Made by a program: the position numbers and the translations under genes
DNA from: an uncultured Candidatus Saccharibacteria bacterium
GTDB lineage: Bacteria; Patescibacteriota; Minisyncoccia; Phycocordibacterales; UBA5272
Assembly (NCBI GenBank): GCA_964621595.1
Contig: CAZUPO010000001.1
Coordinates: 142,758 to 206,757, forward strand
DNA length: 64,000 bases
Direction of reading: 5' to 3'
Notes under the pieces: generated by a model
What the model was told of the DNA's origin: nothing
Database searches by the model: none
What the model saw: only the letters and a program-made list of their open reading frames with translations
Part shown: positions 1 to 11,917 of the stretch, piece by piece
Position numbering within the stretch: position 1 is the stretch's first letter
Layout of the letters: every line of letters starts with the position of its first letter

Positions 1-316
1 CCCTGGGGTATCTCGGTCAGGTGCCATGATCATGGGTGGACTTGTGATGAGGCTCTCGCGCACAATGGTTACACAATTCACTTTTCTTCTGGCGGTACCA
101 ACGATGATTGTCGCAACCGTTTATACTCTCATAAAAAAACACTCCCAACTCTCAATGGATGATCTCTCGCTCATTGTCATTGGCTCATCTATCGCCTTTG
201 TGGTTGCGCTCGTTGTCATACGAGTATTCTTAGAATATATTCGTCGACACTCATTTCAAGTATTTGGTTGGTATCGAATTATCGTCGGAATAATTCTACT
301 TTTTGTATTAGTATAA
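1..316 (+). CDS. uppP: undecaprenyl-diphosphatase (UppP/BacA), C-terminal part; 5' end lies outside the window
   Basis: C-terminal sequence ...VFLEYIRRHSFQVFGWYRIIVGIILLF matches the conserved UppP C-terminal helix. The frame is open to the window edge. Confidence 0.6.
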   Translation, partial: PGVSRSGAMIMGGLVMRLSRTMVTQFTFLLAVPTMIVATVYTLIKKHSQLSMDDLSLIVIGSSIAFVVALVVIRVFLEYIRRHSFQVFGWYRIIVGIILLFVLV

Positions 317-319
317 AAA

Positions 320-769
320 CTAATGATGCCTGCGATATTTCTGTGCGATTTTTACGCGATTTAATTCTTTTTCGATCAATCCTTCAAAGAGGGCAAAGTC
401 TTCGTCATTTTCTTTTTCTTCTACGAGCGCTTGTGCACGAGCAAGAGCCTCTTGTGCACGGTCATGATCAAGTTCTTCAATAGACTCACCTCGTTCGAGT
501 AATATAACTACCTCAGTGAGACCCTTCACATGCGGACGAACATTTACAACACCTTTATAGACAGCATATCCTACACCAGTCTCCCCTTTTCGAACAATCA
601 ACTCTCCAGAACGAATAGCCGACACGAGTGGTACGTGTTTATTAAGCACAGTAATTACACCTGTTGTTGTCGGAACACTTACGTTGTCGACAACTTCATC
701 GACAATTACTTTATCTGGTGTAACTACTTTTAGTTTTAACATGTGTTGATTATTACTGGCATCTACCAA
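320..769 (-). CDS. atpC: F1 ATP synthase epsilon subunit
   Basis: N-terminal beta-sandwich motif LKLKVVTPDKVI plus a C-terminal helical hairpin. It abuts the atpD stop. An alternative start at about 742 (MLKLKVV) is possible. Confidence 0.85.
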   Translation of the reverse strand: MVDASNNQHMLKLKVVTPDKVIVDEVVDNVSVPTTTGVITVLNKHVPLVSAIRSGELIVRKGETGVGYAVYKGVVNVRPHVKGLTEVVILLERGESIEELDHDRAQEALARAQALVEEKENDEDFALFEGLIEKELNRVKIAQKYRRHH

Positions 770-3054
<2,285 letters not shown>

Positions 3055-3093
3055 ACTGCTAAAATCTCACAAAGACCCGCAACACTGTACCAT

Positions 3094-4587
3094 TTACGCG
3101 TGATGTTCCTTGAACGTGGTAAGCGCGTGCTTAAGACGAGACTCTATCTCATCATTCCAGTCTTTATTTATTTCATCAAGAAGTGCTTCTTCTTCCGAGC
3201 GAAGGAAATCTTGCATCTTCTTCTCCCATGTAACAACATCTGCAACAGCAACTCCATCAAGGAATCCGTTGTTCACCGCATACACACTCGCCACCTGAAG
3301 CGCCACAGAGAGAGGTTGTCCGTTTCCTTGCTTTAGAATTTCTGCAGTACGCTTACCTCGTTCGATTGTCTTTTTTGTTTCGACATCAAGGTCAGAGTCA
3401 AACTGTGCAAAAGATTCGAGTTCACGATATTGGGCCATGGCAAGTTTAAGTTTTCCGGCATTCTTCTTCATTGCCTTTGTCTGCGCAGAAGACCCCACGC
3501 GTGATACTGATAGTCCTACGTCGATTGCTGGGCGCATGCCTTTATAAAACAAGTTTGCATCAAGAAATATCTGTCCGTCAGTAATAGAAATCACATTTGT
3601 TGGAATATATGCCGATACGTCCCCTGCTTGGGTTTCGATAATTGGGAGCGCGGTGATTGACCCACCTCCCGCTTTTTCATTACGGCGGCACGCACGCTCA
3701 AGAAGACGTGAGTGAAGATAAAACACATCCCCAGGATATGCCTCACGTCCTGGTGGACGCTTGAGGAGTAGTGACATCTCACGATACGCAACAGCATGCT
3801 TAGAAAGATCGTCGTAGATAATGAGCACATCTTTTTTCTTGTTCATGAAATACTCTGCAACAGCAACACCTGAGTACGGAGCAAGGTATGAAAGTGCGGC
3901 AGGATGTGAAGCCCCGGCAAGTACAACCACTGTGTAATCCATAGCACCCTGTGCGCGAAGTTTCTCAACAATCTGCGCAATCTTTGATTCCTTCTGACCT
4001 ATGGCAACATACACACAAATAACATCTTTACCTTTTTGGTTGATGATAGTATCGATGGCGATTGTCGTCTTACCGGTCTGACGATCACCGATGATGAGTT
4101 CTCGTTGACCGCGTCCAATTGGGATCATGGCGTCCACTGCCTTAAGACCAGTCTGCATAGGAACAGTAACACTTTGTCTGTCCATAACGCCTGGGGCAAT
4201 TTTTTCTACAAGTTCTTTTGCTTCCAACTTAAGTTGAGCACCTCCGTCGACTGGATTCATGAGCGGGTCAACGACACGAGAAAGCAGTGCATCTCCTACT
4301 GGAATAGAAAGAACTTGATTCGTACGTGTTACCTCGTCACCTTCTTGTACAGAGTCAGCACCCTTTACAATCACAATACCAACCATATCACTCTCGAGGT
4401 TAAGAGCAAGACCACGCGCACCGGAAGAAAAGACTACTTCTTCCATGGACGCAACAGAAGAAAGACCTGATACGCGCGCAATACCATCACTCACAGAAAC
4501 AACTCTTCCCACCTCTTCGATAGCAACATCTGCGGAGAGAGAGTCTATTTTCTTTTCAAGTTCTTTGATGATTTTTTCTACTGACAT
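3094..4587 (-). CDS. atpA: F1 ATP synthase alpha subunit
   Basis: 497 aa with P-loop GDRQTGKT and alpha-subunit motifs. Confidence 0.97.
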   Translation of the reverse strand: MSVEKIIKELEKKIDSLSADVAIEEVGRVVSVSDGIARVSGLSSVASMEEVVFSSGARGLALNLESDMVGIVIVKGADSVQEGDEVTRTNQVLSIPVGDALLSRVVDPLMNPVDGGAQLKLEAKELVEKIAPGVMDRQSVTVPMQTGLKAVDAMIPIGRGQRELIIGDRQTGKTTIAIDTIINQKGKDVICVYVAIGQKESKIAQIVEKLRAQGAMDYTVVVLAGASHPAALSYLAPYSGVAVAEYFMNKKKDVLIIYDDLSKHAVAYREMSLLLKRPPGREAYPGDVFYLHSRLLERACRRNEKAGGGSITALPIIETQAGDVSAYIPTNVISITDGQIFLDANLFYKGMRPAIDVGLSVSRVGSSAQTKAMKKNAGKLKLAMAQYRELESFAQFDSDLDVETKKTIERGKRTAEILKQGNGQPLSVALQVASVYAVNNGFLDGVAVADVVTWEKKMQDFLRSEEEALLDEINKDWNDEIESRLKHALTTFKEHHA

Positions 4588-4602
4588 GGTTGTTGGATAT
4601 GG

Positions 4603-4950
4603 TTAGTTGCTAAATTCTTTAATAATTCTTTTTGCGCTTGCGTCGTAGAGTTTCCCTTTATACCGTGCTTTGAATCCTGCAAGGAGGTCTTCTACGATTG
4701 TAATTGTTGCTGTGTCGCTCTTTGCTCCTATAATTTCATGAATAGAATCGAGGGACTTTTGACTTAACAGAAACGGCGTCTCAATAACAAGTGCGTTTTC
4801 ATCGCGCAGATGTGCTTCATAATGAAGCAACTCTTTTTTAATACTTGGGAGAAGTTGAAGTAAATTGTATGACTCTAGCACTTCGACAAGCGTATCGATG
4901 TGCATATTTTTCTTGACTATGGTTTGTGCGATTGTTCTTGAGAGAGTCAT
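4603..4950 (-). CDS. atpH: F1 ATP synthase delta (OSCP) subunit, unusually short
   Basis: C-terminal region resembles OSCP, and it sits between atpF and atpA. Only 115 aa versus the usual ~175. Confidence 0.6.
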   Translation of the reverse strand: MTLSRTIAQTIVKKNMHIDTLVEVLESYNLLQLLPSIKKELLHYEAHLRDENALVIETPFLLSQKSLDSIHEIIGAKSDTATITIVEDLLAGFKARYKGKLYDASAKRIIKEFSN

Positions 4951-4963
4951 AGTACGTACCTAC

Positions 4964-5464
4964 CTATCCTTTAGCAATCCGAGCAATGAGTTCGTCGTTA
5001 GACTTTGCATCCATAGTTGTACGAAGTGCTTTTGCGTAGAGGGAGGCAACGAGTTCTGGCGCATGCACAAGAAAATCTTGCTCTACATTTGCTGCTAATT
5101 CTTTTTCCTTTGTTGCAAGAAGTTTCTTTTGTTGCGCTATAGATTCCTCACCTTCTTGCACAATACGCTTGGCTATCGCCTCACCTTTTTGTGCAGATGA
5201 TGAAATAATATCTTGCCCTTCTTTATGTGCGTCGGTCAAAATAGAATGTTTTTCTTTGTGTGCATTGCTGAGAATTTCCTGCGCTTCTTTTGCTTCACGC
5301 ACACCTCGTTCGATTGTTTCGCGACGTGTAGCAAGCACACTCCCAATTTTCTTGAAAAAGAATTTATTGAGAATAAAAAGAATGATGAGGAAGTTAACAA
5401 AGTTGGCAAGTGCTACATGCCAATTAAAACCTATTGATCCTAAAATGTTGAGAATTTCAGACAT
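4964..5464 (-). CDS. atpF: Fo ATP synthase subunit b
   Basis: One N-terminal TM helix followed by a long charged helix; position between atpE and atpH. Confidence 0.8.
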   Translation of the reverse strand: MSEILNILGSIGFNWHVALANFVNFLIILFILNKFFFKKIGSVLATRRETIERGVREAKEAQEILSNAHKEKHSILTDAHKEGQDIISSSAQKGEAIAKRIVQEGEESIAQQKKLLATKEKELAANVEQDFLVHAPELVASLYAKALRTTMDAKSNDELIARIAKG

Positions 5465-5473
5465 ACACGTACG

Positions 5474-5513
5474 TAGGTGCTAGTTGCTAGGTAGTAGGTG
5501 GTAGAAAATGTAG
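5474..5513 (+). repeat. TAG-heptad tandem array (TAGGTGC TAGTTGC TAGGTAG TAGGTGG TAGAAAA) in the atpE-atpF intergenic region
   Basis: TAG recurs at 5474, 5481, 5488, 5495 and 5502, a 7-nt period. Confidence 0.65.
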
Positions 5514-5545
5514 ATTCAACATACTACACACCATCTATTCTTGCT

Positions 5546-5764
5546 TTACTTCAAGAGGAAGAAAGCAACAAGCGCAAAGATCGCTGTTGTTTCTGTCATA
5601 GCTACACCGATGATCATCTTAGAAAAGAGTGATCCTTCTACGTCTGGATTGCGACCAATCGCTTCCATGGTCTTACCTACGAGGTACCCTTGTCCAATGG
5701 CGGTTCCCACCATGGCAAGAATACACATTCCCTTTGCTATATAAATTGCTGCTTCTGGAGTCAT
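5546..5764 (-). CDS. atpE: Fo ATP synthase subunit c
   Basis: 72-aa two-helix proteolipid with GxGxGxG-like motif IGQGYLVGK and the conserved carboxylate helix. Confidence 0.9.
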   Translation of the reverse strand: MTPEAAIYIAKGMCILAMVGTAIGQGYLVGKTMEAIGRNPDVEGSLFSKMIIGVAMTETTAIFALVAFFLLK

Positions 5765-5884
5765 AATTTAGTTAGTACTATAATAACAATTCAATAAAAA
5801 TGCGCCCGAGTTGGGCTATGGGTCTTAGTATACCAGAATTTTTAGGCTTTTGCATCCCCAAACTAGTAACTACAACAGGATGAC

Positions 5885-6787
5885 CTAGTGATCTCCGTCT
5901 TTTTTAAGAACAAGAGAATAATACACGGTGACAAGTGCCACAAATACAACAGACTGCACAAGACCAACCAAGAGCCCCATCCCCATCCACACCGCAGGTA
6001 GCGCAATAGAAAATGCTCCAAGAAGTATCACGGTGAGTGTTTCGTGAGCAAACATGTTACCGAAAAGACGAAGGGAGAGCGAGAGTGTCTTAGCAAGTTC
6101 GCTAATGATTTCAATCAAGCCAACAAAAAACGAGATGATGCCCGTGAATCCATCCCCAATACTTTTCTTAAAACCACGCACGACACCTTTGACTTGAATA
6201 AAGTGGCCGAGATATCCAAATAGCCCTTGCTCGCGGATACCAACGACTTGCATGGTTACTATAACAGCCAAAGCAAGTCCAAATGTAGTATTGAAATCTG
6301 TCGTAGCTCCACGGAATAGTGACACATGCTCACCGCCAATTGTTACATAAAAACTAGAAATACCTGGAATAATGAACATTAGGTTGGCGATAAGAAGATA
6401 GAGCGCGAGCGATCCAACATAGGGCAAAATCCTTTTAGCACGCTTCTCATCACCAACAATGGAGGTAACGAATAACAAAAGTTGTTCGTATATAATTTCA
6501 AGAATATTTTGAAATGCTGTTGGAATCACCTTTGCTTTCGCAACATATTTCACAAGCATTACAACAAAGACCATTATTAAGACAATCGTTACAGTGGATG
6601 TCGCAATTGAAAACATGCCGACATTACCTAGCACCGGGGTGGTAATGGTTGGAATTTCTTCCTGAATATGAAAAAACGAAGTCGATTTATGACTTACTTC
6701 TTCGTGTGCTTGTAATCCTTCAGTATGCATAGTGAATAAAAAATTTACTGGTGTTTGTGTATGCAGCCAGTTTGTAAAATGACGCAC
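5885..6787 (-). CDS. atpB: Fo ATP synthase subunit a
   Basis: Multi-TM protein with LSLSLRLFGNMFAHE (conserved Arg region). It is first in the operon. The N-terminus may start later (MHTEG...). Confidence 0.85.
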   Translation of the reverse strand: MRHFTNWLHTQTPVNFLFTMHTEGLQAHEEVSHKSTSFFHIQEEIPTITTPVLGNVGMFSIATSTVTIVLIMVFVVMLVKYVAKAKVIPTAFQNILEIIYEQLLLFVTSIVGDEKRAKRILPYVGSLALYLLIANLMFIIPGISSFYVTIGGEHVSLFRGATTDFNTTFGLALAVIVTMQVVGIREQGLFGYLGHFIQVKGVVRGFKKSIGDGFTGIISFFVGLIEIISELAKTLSLSLRLFGNMFAHETLTVILLGAFSIALPAVWMGMGLLVGLVQSVVFVALVTVYYSLVLKKDGDH

Positions 6788-6804
6788 TCAAGTATACCAC
6801 AATC

Positions 6805-7401
6805 TTAGATTTTCTGCTTCTCTGACTCCTCAGACTTGTAAAAATAGAACAAGACAACAAACGCGAAAATAACCGTAACAAAAAGTGCTGCGATCTTAAA
6901 GTAAATCCACCCCCCTTCATCCAAATACCTTCTGGCGATTTCGTTTGCAACACCTCCTATAATAAAATAAACAATCCAACTCTTCGTGATACTACGCCAG
7001 GAAGAATCTATCATAATGATAGTGTGTTGAAACGCTGTCCGTAAAAACAATTTACCTCGTAGCAGCCCAAAATACAGTGTGAGTGCGAGCACCCCATCAT
7101 AAAATGTATCCCGCATTTGAATAAAATCTGGATCATGTAACACGATTGTCCACGAACCAAAAATAAAAGTAACAAGAGAAATATATAGTGAGAAATATGG
7201 TATCCGCCTTTGGACCAGTAAAGCAATGAGTGACATAAGCGCCGTTGTTACCACGAACCAACCAGTCGCAACATAAAAATTTGCCAACTCAAAAACAATA
7301 ACAAATACAAACGGCGGACTAAAATCAAGCACAAGTCCAAAAAGAAATTTTTTTAGATTATAACCTTTGAAGAGTGGGTGATTTTTTATCTTGTCGACCA
7401 T
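6805..7401 (-). CDS. yciB: intracellular septation protein A family (YciB/IspZ-like) membrane protein
   Basis: 198 aa with 5 TM. Matches to YciB such as HDPDFIQMRDT versus HNDEFIKWKVT, YFIIGGVANEI versus FFILCGLANIY, and a C-terminal FYFYKSE. Confidence 0.65.
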   Translation of the reverse strand: MVDKIKNHPLFKGYNLKKFLFGLVLDFSPPFVFVIVFELANFYVATGWFVVTTALMSLIALLVQRRIPYFSLYISLVTFIFGSWTIVLHDPDFIQMRDTFYDGVLALTLYFGLLRGKLFLRTAFQHTIIMIDSSWRSITKSWIVYFIIGGVANEIARRYLDEGGWIYFKIAALFVTVIFAFVVLFYFYKSEESEKQKI

Positions 7402-7437
7402 GGTATACTCAAGCGTATACTATTATTTTCTTATATG

Positions 7438-8187
7438 CAAAAAATAATTAACACAATTAAGCATTTCGCTGTTACTACTCGATCAAAAATAGCACACATT
7501 CATCTAACAACACCTTTGGCAATCATCATCGGTTCTGCCATCATTGCATGTGGACTCATGGGATATGGATATATTACGACAACTAATATAGCAAACTCTG
7601 GAGGTACAAACTATTTCACTGGTAGAACAATCGACGACGCTGATTTCGTAGAAGGTAACAGCGAGGCAGATGTCTTTGTGGTTGAGTATTCGGATCCAGA
7701 ATGCCCCTTCTGTGTTCAGGTATCTCCAACAATCAAAGAGTTGCGACAGAAGTACGCTAGTACTGTTGGTTTTGTATATCGTCACTTCCCTCTTACACAA
7801 ATCCACTCCCATGCTTTTGATGAGTCAAAAGCGATCGTATGCGCCGGAACCCTTGGAGGAAGCAAGAAATTCTATGAATACATTGACGCTTTGTATGGTT
7901 ACAAAATAAGCAACAGAACTACCCAACTACCAACAAAAGGAAAAGAGGATATCGCTCGAGGGATCGGGCTTTCTCTGCCAGAATTTACCGCGTGCCTATC
8001 TGCACAAGCAACAACTCAAATAGTAGACCAGTCGATTAACGATGGTGTTGGTGCTGGAGTACAGGGAACACCTTCAACATTTATCTTGAAGAAGACACGA
8101 AAAGGACTAGAGGTGGTTGCAATGATCGATGGCGCTAGAGGAAAAGAGTTTTTTGAAGCGGCTATACAACAAGCACTTAACGATTAG
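7438..8187 (+). CDS. DsbA-like thiol:disulfide oxidoreductase (thioredoxin fold), membrane anchored
   Basis: CPFC active-site motif in EYSDPECPFCVQ with an N-terminal TM helix. The start was chosen at MQKIINT to avoid overlap with divergent yciB; the track ORF starts at 7378. Confidence 0.75.
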   Translation, partial: QKIINTIKHFAVTTRSKIAHIHLTTPLAIIIGSAIIACGLMGYGYITTTNIANSGGTNYFTGRTIDDADFVEGNSEADVFVVEYSDPECPFCVQVSPTIKELRQKYASTVGFVYRHFPLTQIHSHAFDESKAIVCAGTLGGSKKFYEYIDALYGYKISNRTTQLPTKGKEDIARGIGLSLPEFTACLSAQATTQIVDQSINDGVGAGVQGTPSTFILKKTRKGLEVVAMIDGARGKEFFEAAIQQALND

Positions 8188-8211
8188 TATCGCTCTCTAC
8201 AATCTAGAATC

Positions 8212-8985
8212 TTACCTAACCTCAAAACTTGCACGAACAAGTGCTGTGACTTTCTTTTCTATAGCACTTGTATCGTAACTTCCATAATCACTCACTTCAA
8301 TACTATTCTTTCCAGTTACTTGAAATACTCCCTGGGAAGCATCCCGTACACGGCCAATAATACTACCAGTACTTTCTGCAATGGCAGATGCTCGTTCCTT
8401 TGCGTTCTTTGTCGCCTCTTTCAACAATTCCACGCGAAGGTCAGATAGTTTTGTGTAAAAATACTCAACCGTGTTTATTTGTGCAAAAACTTTACGATTT
8501 GCCAACTCATTCGCAAGTAAAAGGGAAAGACTTTGGATCAAGTCTACGTTGGTCGAATCTACGATAATCTGCTCAGACAGTGAATATGTAAAATCTCCCG
8601 CGCATCGCTGATTTCCCTTTCCATCATAAAGCACTTGATTCTGTGATTGGCAAATTGCACTCGATGTAAGAGGTAAAATAGTAACATCTTTCTCATCAAT
8701 CCCCTCTTCTTTCAAATACACTACCGTGGTCTTTGCATCTTCTGCAATTTTCTTTGATACTGAAACATAATTCTGTGGATCTGCTTCTCTCACAATAGAA
8801 AATGTTAACTTACCACTATCACTCTTGACTATCTTTTCTGCTGTTCCTGTAACTGATATAGCATCTTTCTTGTTGACCTGTGTAATGCCGCCTGCTAACA
8901 CAAACGCACTCGCTACCCACGCAACACCAACAACTATTCCAAATACTACGACGTTATTTTTAAATAGTTCTTTTGCTGATTCCAT
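8212..8985 (-). CDS. SIMPL-domain (DUF541) secreted or periplasmic protein
   Basis: N-terminal TM/signal followed by SIMPL-like repeats (KLTFSIVREADPQN..., QGVFQVTGKNSIEV). Confidence 0.6.
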   Translation of the reverse strand: MESAKELFKNNVVVFGIVVGVAWVASAFVLAGGITQVNKKDAISVTGTAEKIVKSDSGKLTFSIVREADPQNYVSVSKKIAEDAKTTVVYLKEEGIDEKDVTILPLTSSAICQSQNQVLYDGKGNQRCAGDFTYSLSEQIIVDSTNVDLIQSLSLLLANELANRKVFAQINTVEYFYTKLSDLRVELLKEATKNAKERASAIAESTGSIIGRVRDASQGVFQVTGKNSIEVSDYGSYDTSAIEKKVTALVRASFEVR

Positions 8986-9002
8986 AGATGTAGTGTGATT
9001 AA

Positions 9003-9461
9003 TTACTTAGTAATATCGCCCGTAACCTCATCTTTGTGCACCTTTACATTAACCGTAGTATACACCTTTTCAATGACGCCTTTTTCATCAATGAGAAAAC
9101 TTGATCGTGATATGCCCATATACTCACGACCCATGAATTTCTTCTTTCCCCATACACCGTAGGCTTGGGAAACTACTTTTTCTTCATCGGCAAGAAGCGT
9201 AAACGGGAGATTATATTTTTCTGCAAACTTTTTATGACTCTTTATCGAGTCTGCACTGATCCCAATGACGACAAGACCAAGTTTCGTAAGTTCTTTGTAC
9301 CCATCACGGAAACTACAAGCCTCAACTGTACACCCTGGAGTATCATCTTTTGGATAAAAATAAAGTAATACTTTCTTACCACGATACTCTTGGAGTCGAT
9401 GTTCCTTGCCATGCTGATCAAGAAGAGAAAATGCTGGTGCCTTTGTTCCTTTTTCTAACAT
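9003..9461 (-). CDS. bcp: thiol peroxidase Bcp (peroxiredoxin)
   Basis: FYPKDDTPGCTVEAC peroxidatic-Cys motif; 152 aa. Confidence 0.85.
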   Translation of the reverse strand: MLEKGTKAPAFSLLDQHGKEHRLQEYRGKKVLLYFYPKDDTPGCTVEACSFRDGYKELTKLGLVVIGISADSIKSHKKFAEKYNLPFTLLADEEKVVSQAYGVWGKKKFMGREYMGISRSSFLIDEKGVIEKVYTTVNVKVHKDEVTGDITK

Positions 9462-9536
9462 ACTATAGTAGTATACTATACATCACGTGCACCTCCCTTT
9501 GTACTCTAATAACAAGGCTGGTGCTTTATACAATCT

Positions 9537-10199
9537 ATGAATCTTCAATTCTTTATTATGATGCTAAGCGCCGGAACATTGCCCCTCTTAGCATTTCTGG
9601 CACTTTTGCTACGAAGAAATCTCTTCAAAGGACCCTGGAGGTTATTCTTCCTCTCTGTGGGCATGATTCTTCTCGTTATTGTTATTATTGATACTTTTCA
9701 AGAACATGCGGAAACTATTTCCATAGCAGATGGAGTACTTGGTATTATCGCCGCCATCATCACTGTGTTTATTCTTGCAAAGTTCAATCACGGCCATCAC
9801 CATGCACAAGAACTAGAAGGCGCTAAAGGAATCGTTATAAGTGAAGCATTTCACTCGCTCATCGATGGAGCCGTGATTGGAGCGACGTATCTAGTAAATC
9901 CACTCCTTGGATATGCTGCAACCCTTGGAATACTCACACATGAACTACCGAAAGTTCTCGGGACTCTCACAGTGTTTCGAGGACTTGGTCTTTCGGTCAC
10001 ACGAACACTAGCATACGGTGTATGTGCACAGATTGGTTCCCCTGTTGCAGCTCTTTTCGTGTACATGCTTGGCAAACAATTTGATCATACACAATTACAC
10101 GGACTAGAAATTGCGAGTGTTTCTTCTCTGGGAGTTATTATACTTTGGATCATCTACCTAGAGATACAGTTTCATCGTGACCACGACCATAACCACTGA
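9537..10199 (+). CDS. ZIP-family divalent metal transporter (ZupT-like)
   Basis: Multi-TM protein with a His-rich loop (NHGHHHAQE) and HSLIDGAVIGA / HELPKVLG metal-binding helices. Confidence 0.65.
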   Translation: MNLQFFIMMLSAGTLPLLAFLALLLRRNLFKGPWRLFFLSVGMILLVIVIIDTFQEHAETISIADGVLGIIAAIITVFILAKFNHGHHHAQELEGAKGIVISEAFHSLIDGAVIGATYLVNPLLGYAATLGILTHELPKVLGTLTVFRGLGLSVTRTLAYGVCAQIGSPVAALFVYMLGKQFDHTQLHGLEIASVSSLGVIILWIIYLEIQFHRDHDHNH

Positions 10200-10231
10200 T
10201 GTTTAGCCACGACGCGCCGCCACACATTTAC

Positions 10232-11260
10232 TTATTCAATAATTCCTCCTCCAAGACAAGACTCGCCGTCATAGAGAACAAGCGATTGTCCAGATACTTT
10301 TGTAATATCACCTGCAACAACGACAAATGCTGCTTTCTCTCTTTTCACGCGTGCAAGCGGTGCTCGATAACGACCGCGCGCTTCATATGTCTTCCCTTCG
10401 TCTAATGTTCTTGTGAAATTTTCATGGTAGAGGGAAATGTGCGAGCCTGAATCCTCTTTTGGTGGAATGTGTGATACAACGAGTAGATTTTTTTCTAGGT
10501 TCTTATCGATAACAAAATATGGTGCATCATCTGTCCCTTTTGAAGTGATGGTAAACCCGTGCCGCTCACCGAGGGTATGGAATACTGCACCATTATGCTG
10601 ACCAATAATTTTTCCATCCTCTGTAATCACATCCCCTTTTTTCTCTGTAATATATTCTTTGAGTAAAGTCTTTAAGTCTATCGTTCCTACAAAACAAAGT
10701 CCCTGGCTATCTTTTTTCTTCGCTGTGGGAAGGTTAGCCCCCTCAGCAAGAGCACGGACTTCTTCTTTTGTATAACCGCCAACCGGAAATAGAACTTTTT
10801 CTAACTGCTCTTTAGTGAGAGTCCATAGGAAATATGTTTGGTCTTTATTAGTGTCTTTGCTTTTCTTTAATGTACCACCCTCGATCTGCGCATAGTGCCC
10901 AGTTGCCACAAAGTCTGCCCCCTCTTTCATTGCAAAACGCAAAAACGCTCCGAACTTCACTTCTTTGTTACACATTACATCTGGATTAGGGGTTTTCCCT
11001 CGTTTGTATTCTCTAATCATGTAATCGATCACCCCTTCTTTGTATTCTTTTTCTAGATCAAGAGTAATAAATGGAATATCCAGAAGCGATGCCACTCTCA
11101 TCGCATCAAGTCTATCCTCTTTCCATGTACACTCAATAAAATCCGGTTGCCATACCTTTATAAATACGCCAGTAACATCATAGCCGGCACGTTTAAGAAG
11201 AAGAGCGGACACCGATGAATCAACGCCACCAGAGAGTCCGACAAAAACTTTCTTTTTCAT
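10232..11260 (-). CDS. mnmA: tRNA-specific 2-thiouridylase MnmA
   Basis: PP-loop SGGVDSS in MKKKVFVGLSGGVDSSVSALLLK plus a conserved C-terminal domain. Start set at MKKK; the track ORF extends to 11389. Confidence 0.9.
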   Translation of the reverse strand: MKKKVFVGLSGGVDSSVSALLLKRAGYDVTGVFIKVWQPDFIECTWKEDRLDAMRVASLLDIPFITLDLEKEYKEGVIDYMIREYKRGKTPNPDVMCNKEVKFGAFLRFAMKEGADFVATGHYAQIEGGTLKKSKDTNKDQTYFLWTLTKEQLEKVLFPVGGYTKEEVRALAEGANLPTAKKKDSQGLCFVGTIDLKTLLKEYITEKKGDVITEDGKIIGQHNGAVFHTLGERHGFTITSKGTDDAPYFVIDKNLEKNLLVVSHIPPKEDSGSHISLYHENFTRTLDEGKTYEARGRYRAPLARVKREKAAFVVVAGDITKVSGQSLVLYDGESCLGGGIIE

Positions 11261-11518
11261 GCTATCCACTCTAGCACACTTGAAAGAAGAAGAAAAAACG
11301 ACTAGGATATATCCACGAATCATACAATGTCTGGAAGGGAACGATGGCCAAGAAACACGTTCGTGTATACGTACACAAAGACGGTACACGGGAACTCTAC
11401 GTATTCAAACCCCCACGACCAAGGAACAAAATAAACCCACACAACCCGGGGGCATTTAAGTCCAGAAGTACTGGGTATATACCACCAAAGATTCCAGGGA
11501 GGAAAACATGATCTCGTG

Positions 11519-11550
11519 CGGCCGCCAGAGTGGCGGCCTTGCTTTTTTCT
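11519..11550 (+). terminator. intrinsic terminator-like hairpin (GGCCGCC-GAG-GGCGGCC) followed by TTGCTTTTTTCT
   Basis: An 8-bp GC stem then a T-run. It closes a GC-rich noncoding segment (about 11390-11550) that may be a small RNA. Confidence 0.5.
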
Positions 11551-11671
11551 ACTCACAAGAGAAAAGGATAAGACACCTTAACTGACGAACGTCAATATTT
11601 ACAAGAACTATAGTCTCTGTACACTCAAGTACAGAGCCCCGCTCCGGGGTACAACCATCAAAAAGGACATC

Positions 11672-11845
11672 ATGCGAATCCTACGAATCGCACTCGTCCT
11701 CCTGCTTGCTCTCTCTAACGGTGGATGTGTATTCTTTGCCACCGTTGGTCAACCGGTTTTTGTTCGACCCGGTTGCCAGGCATACCGTGTGATCGTGGTC
11801 CACACCCCGTATGGACCACAGCAAGCCATACAGTGCCTGTGGTGA
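11672..11845 (+). CDS. small putative secreted protein or lipoprotein (57 aa), hypothetical
   Basis: ATG at 11672 gives MRILRIALVLLLALSNGGCVFF..., i.e. a signal peptide plus Cys. Stop is TGA at 11843. It is followed by the terminator at 11864-11900 and is below the track size cutoff. Confidence 0.3.
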   Translation: MRILRIALVLLLALSNGGCVFFATVGQPVFVRPGCQAYRVIVVHTPYGPQQAIQCLW

Positions 11846-11863
11846 GAGCCGAAAGGAGACGAG

Positions 11864-11900
11864 AAAGCCCCGCTGTGTATAGCGGGGCTTTCACATTTTA
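11864..11900. terminator. bidirectional intrinsic terminator (AAAGCCCCGC-loop-GCGGGGCTTT)
   Basis: 10-bp stem with an 8-nt loop, flanked by an A-run upstream and a T-run downstream. It lies between the convergent small + ORF and the minus-strand gene ending at 11918. Confidence 0.6.
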
Positions 11901-11917
11901 CTAACTTGATAATTGAA

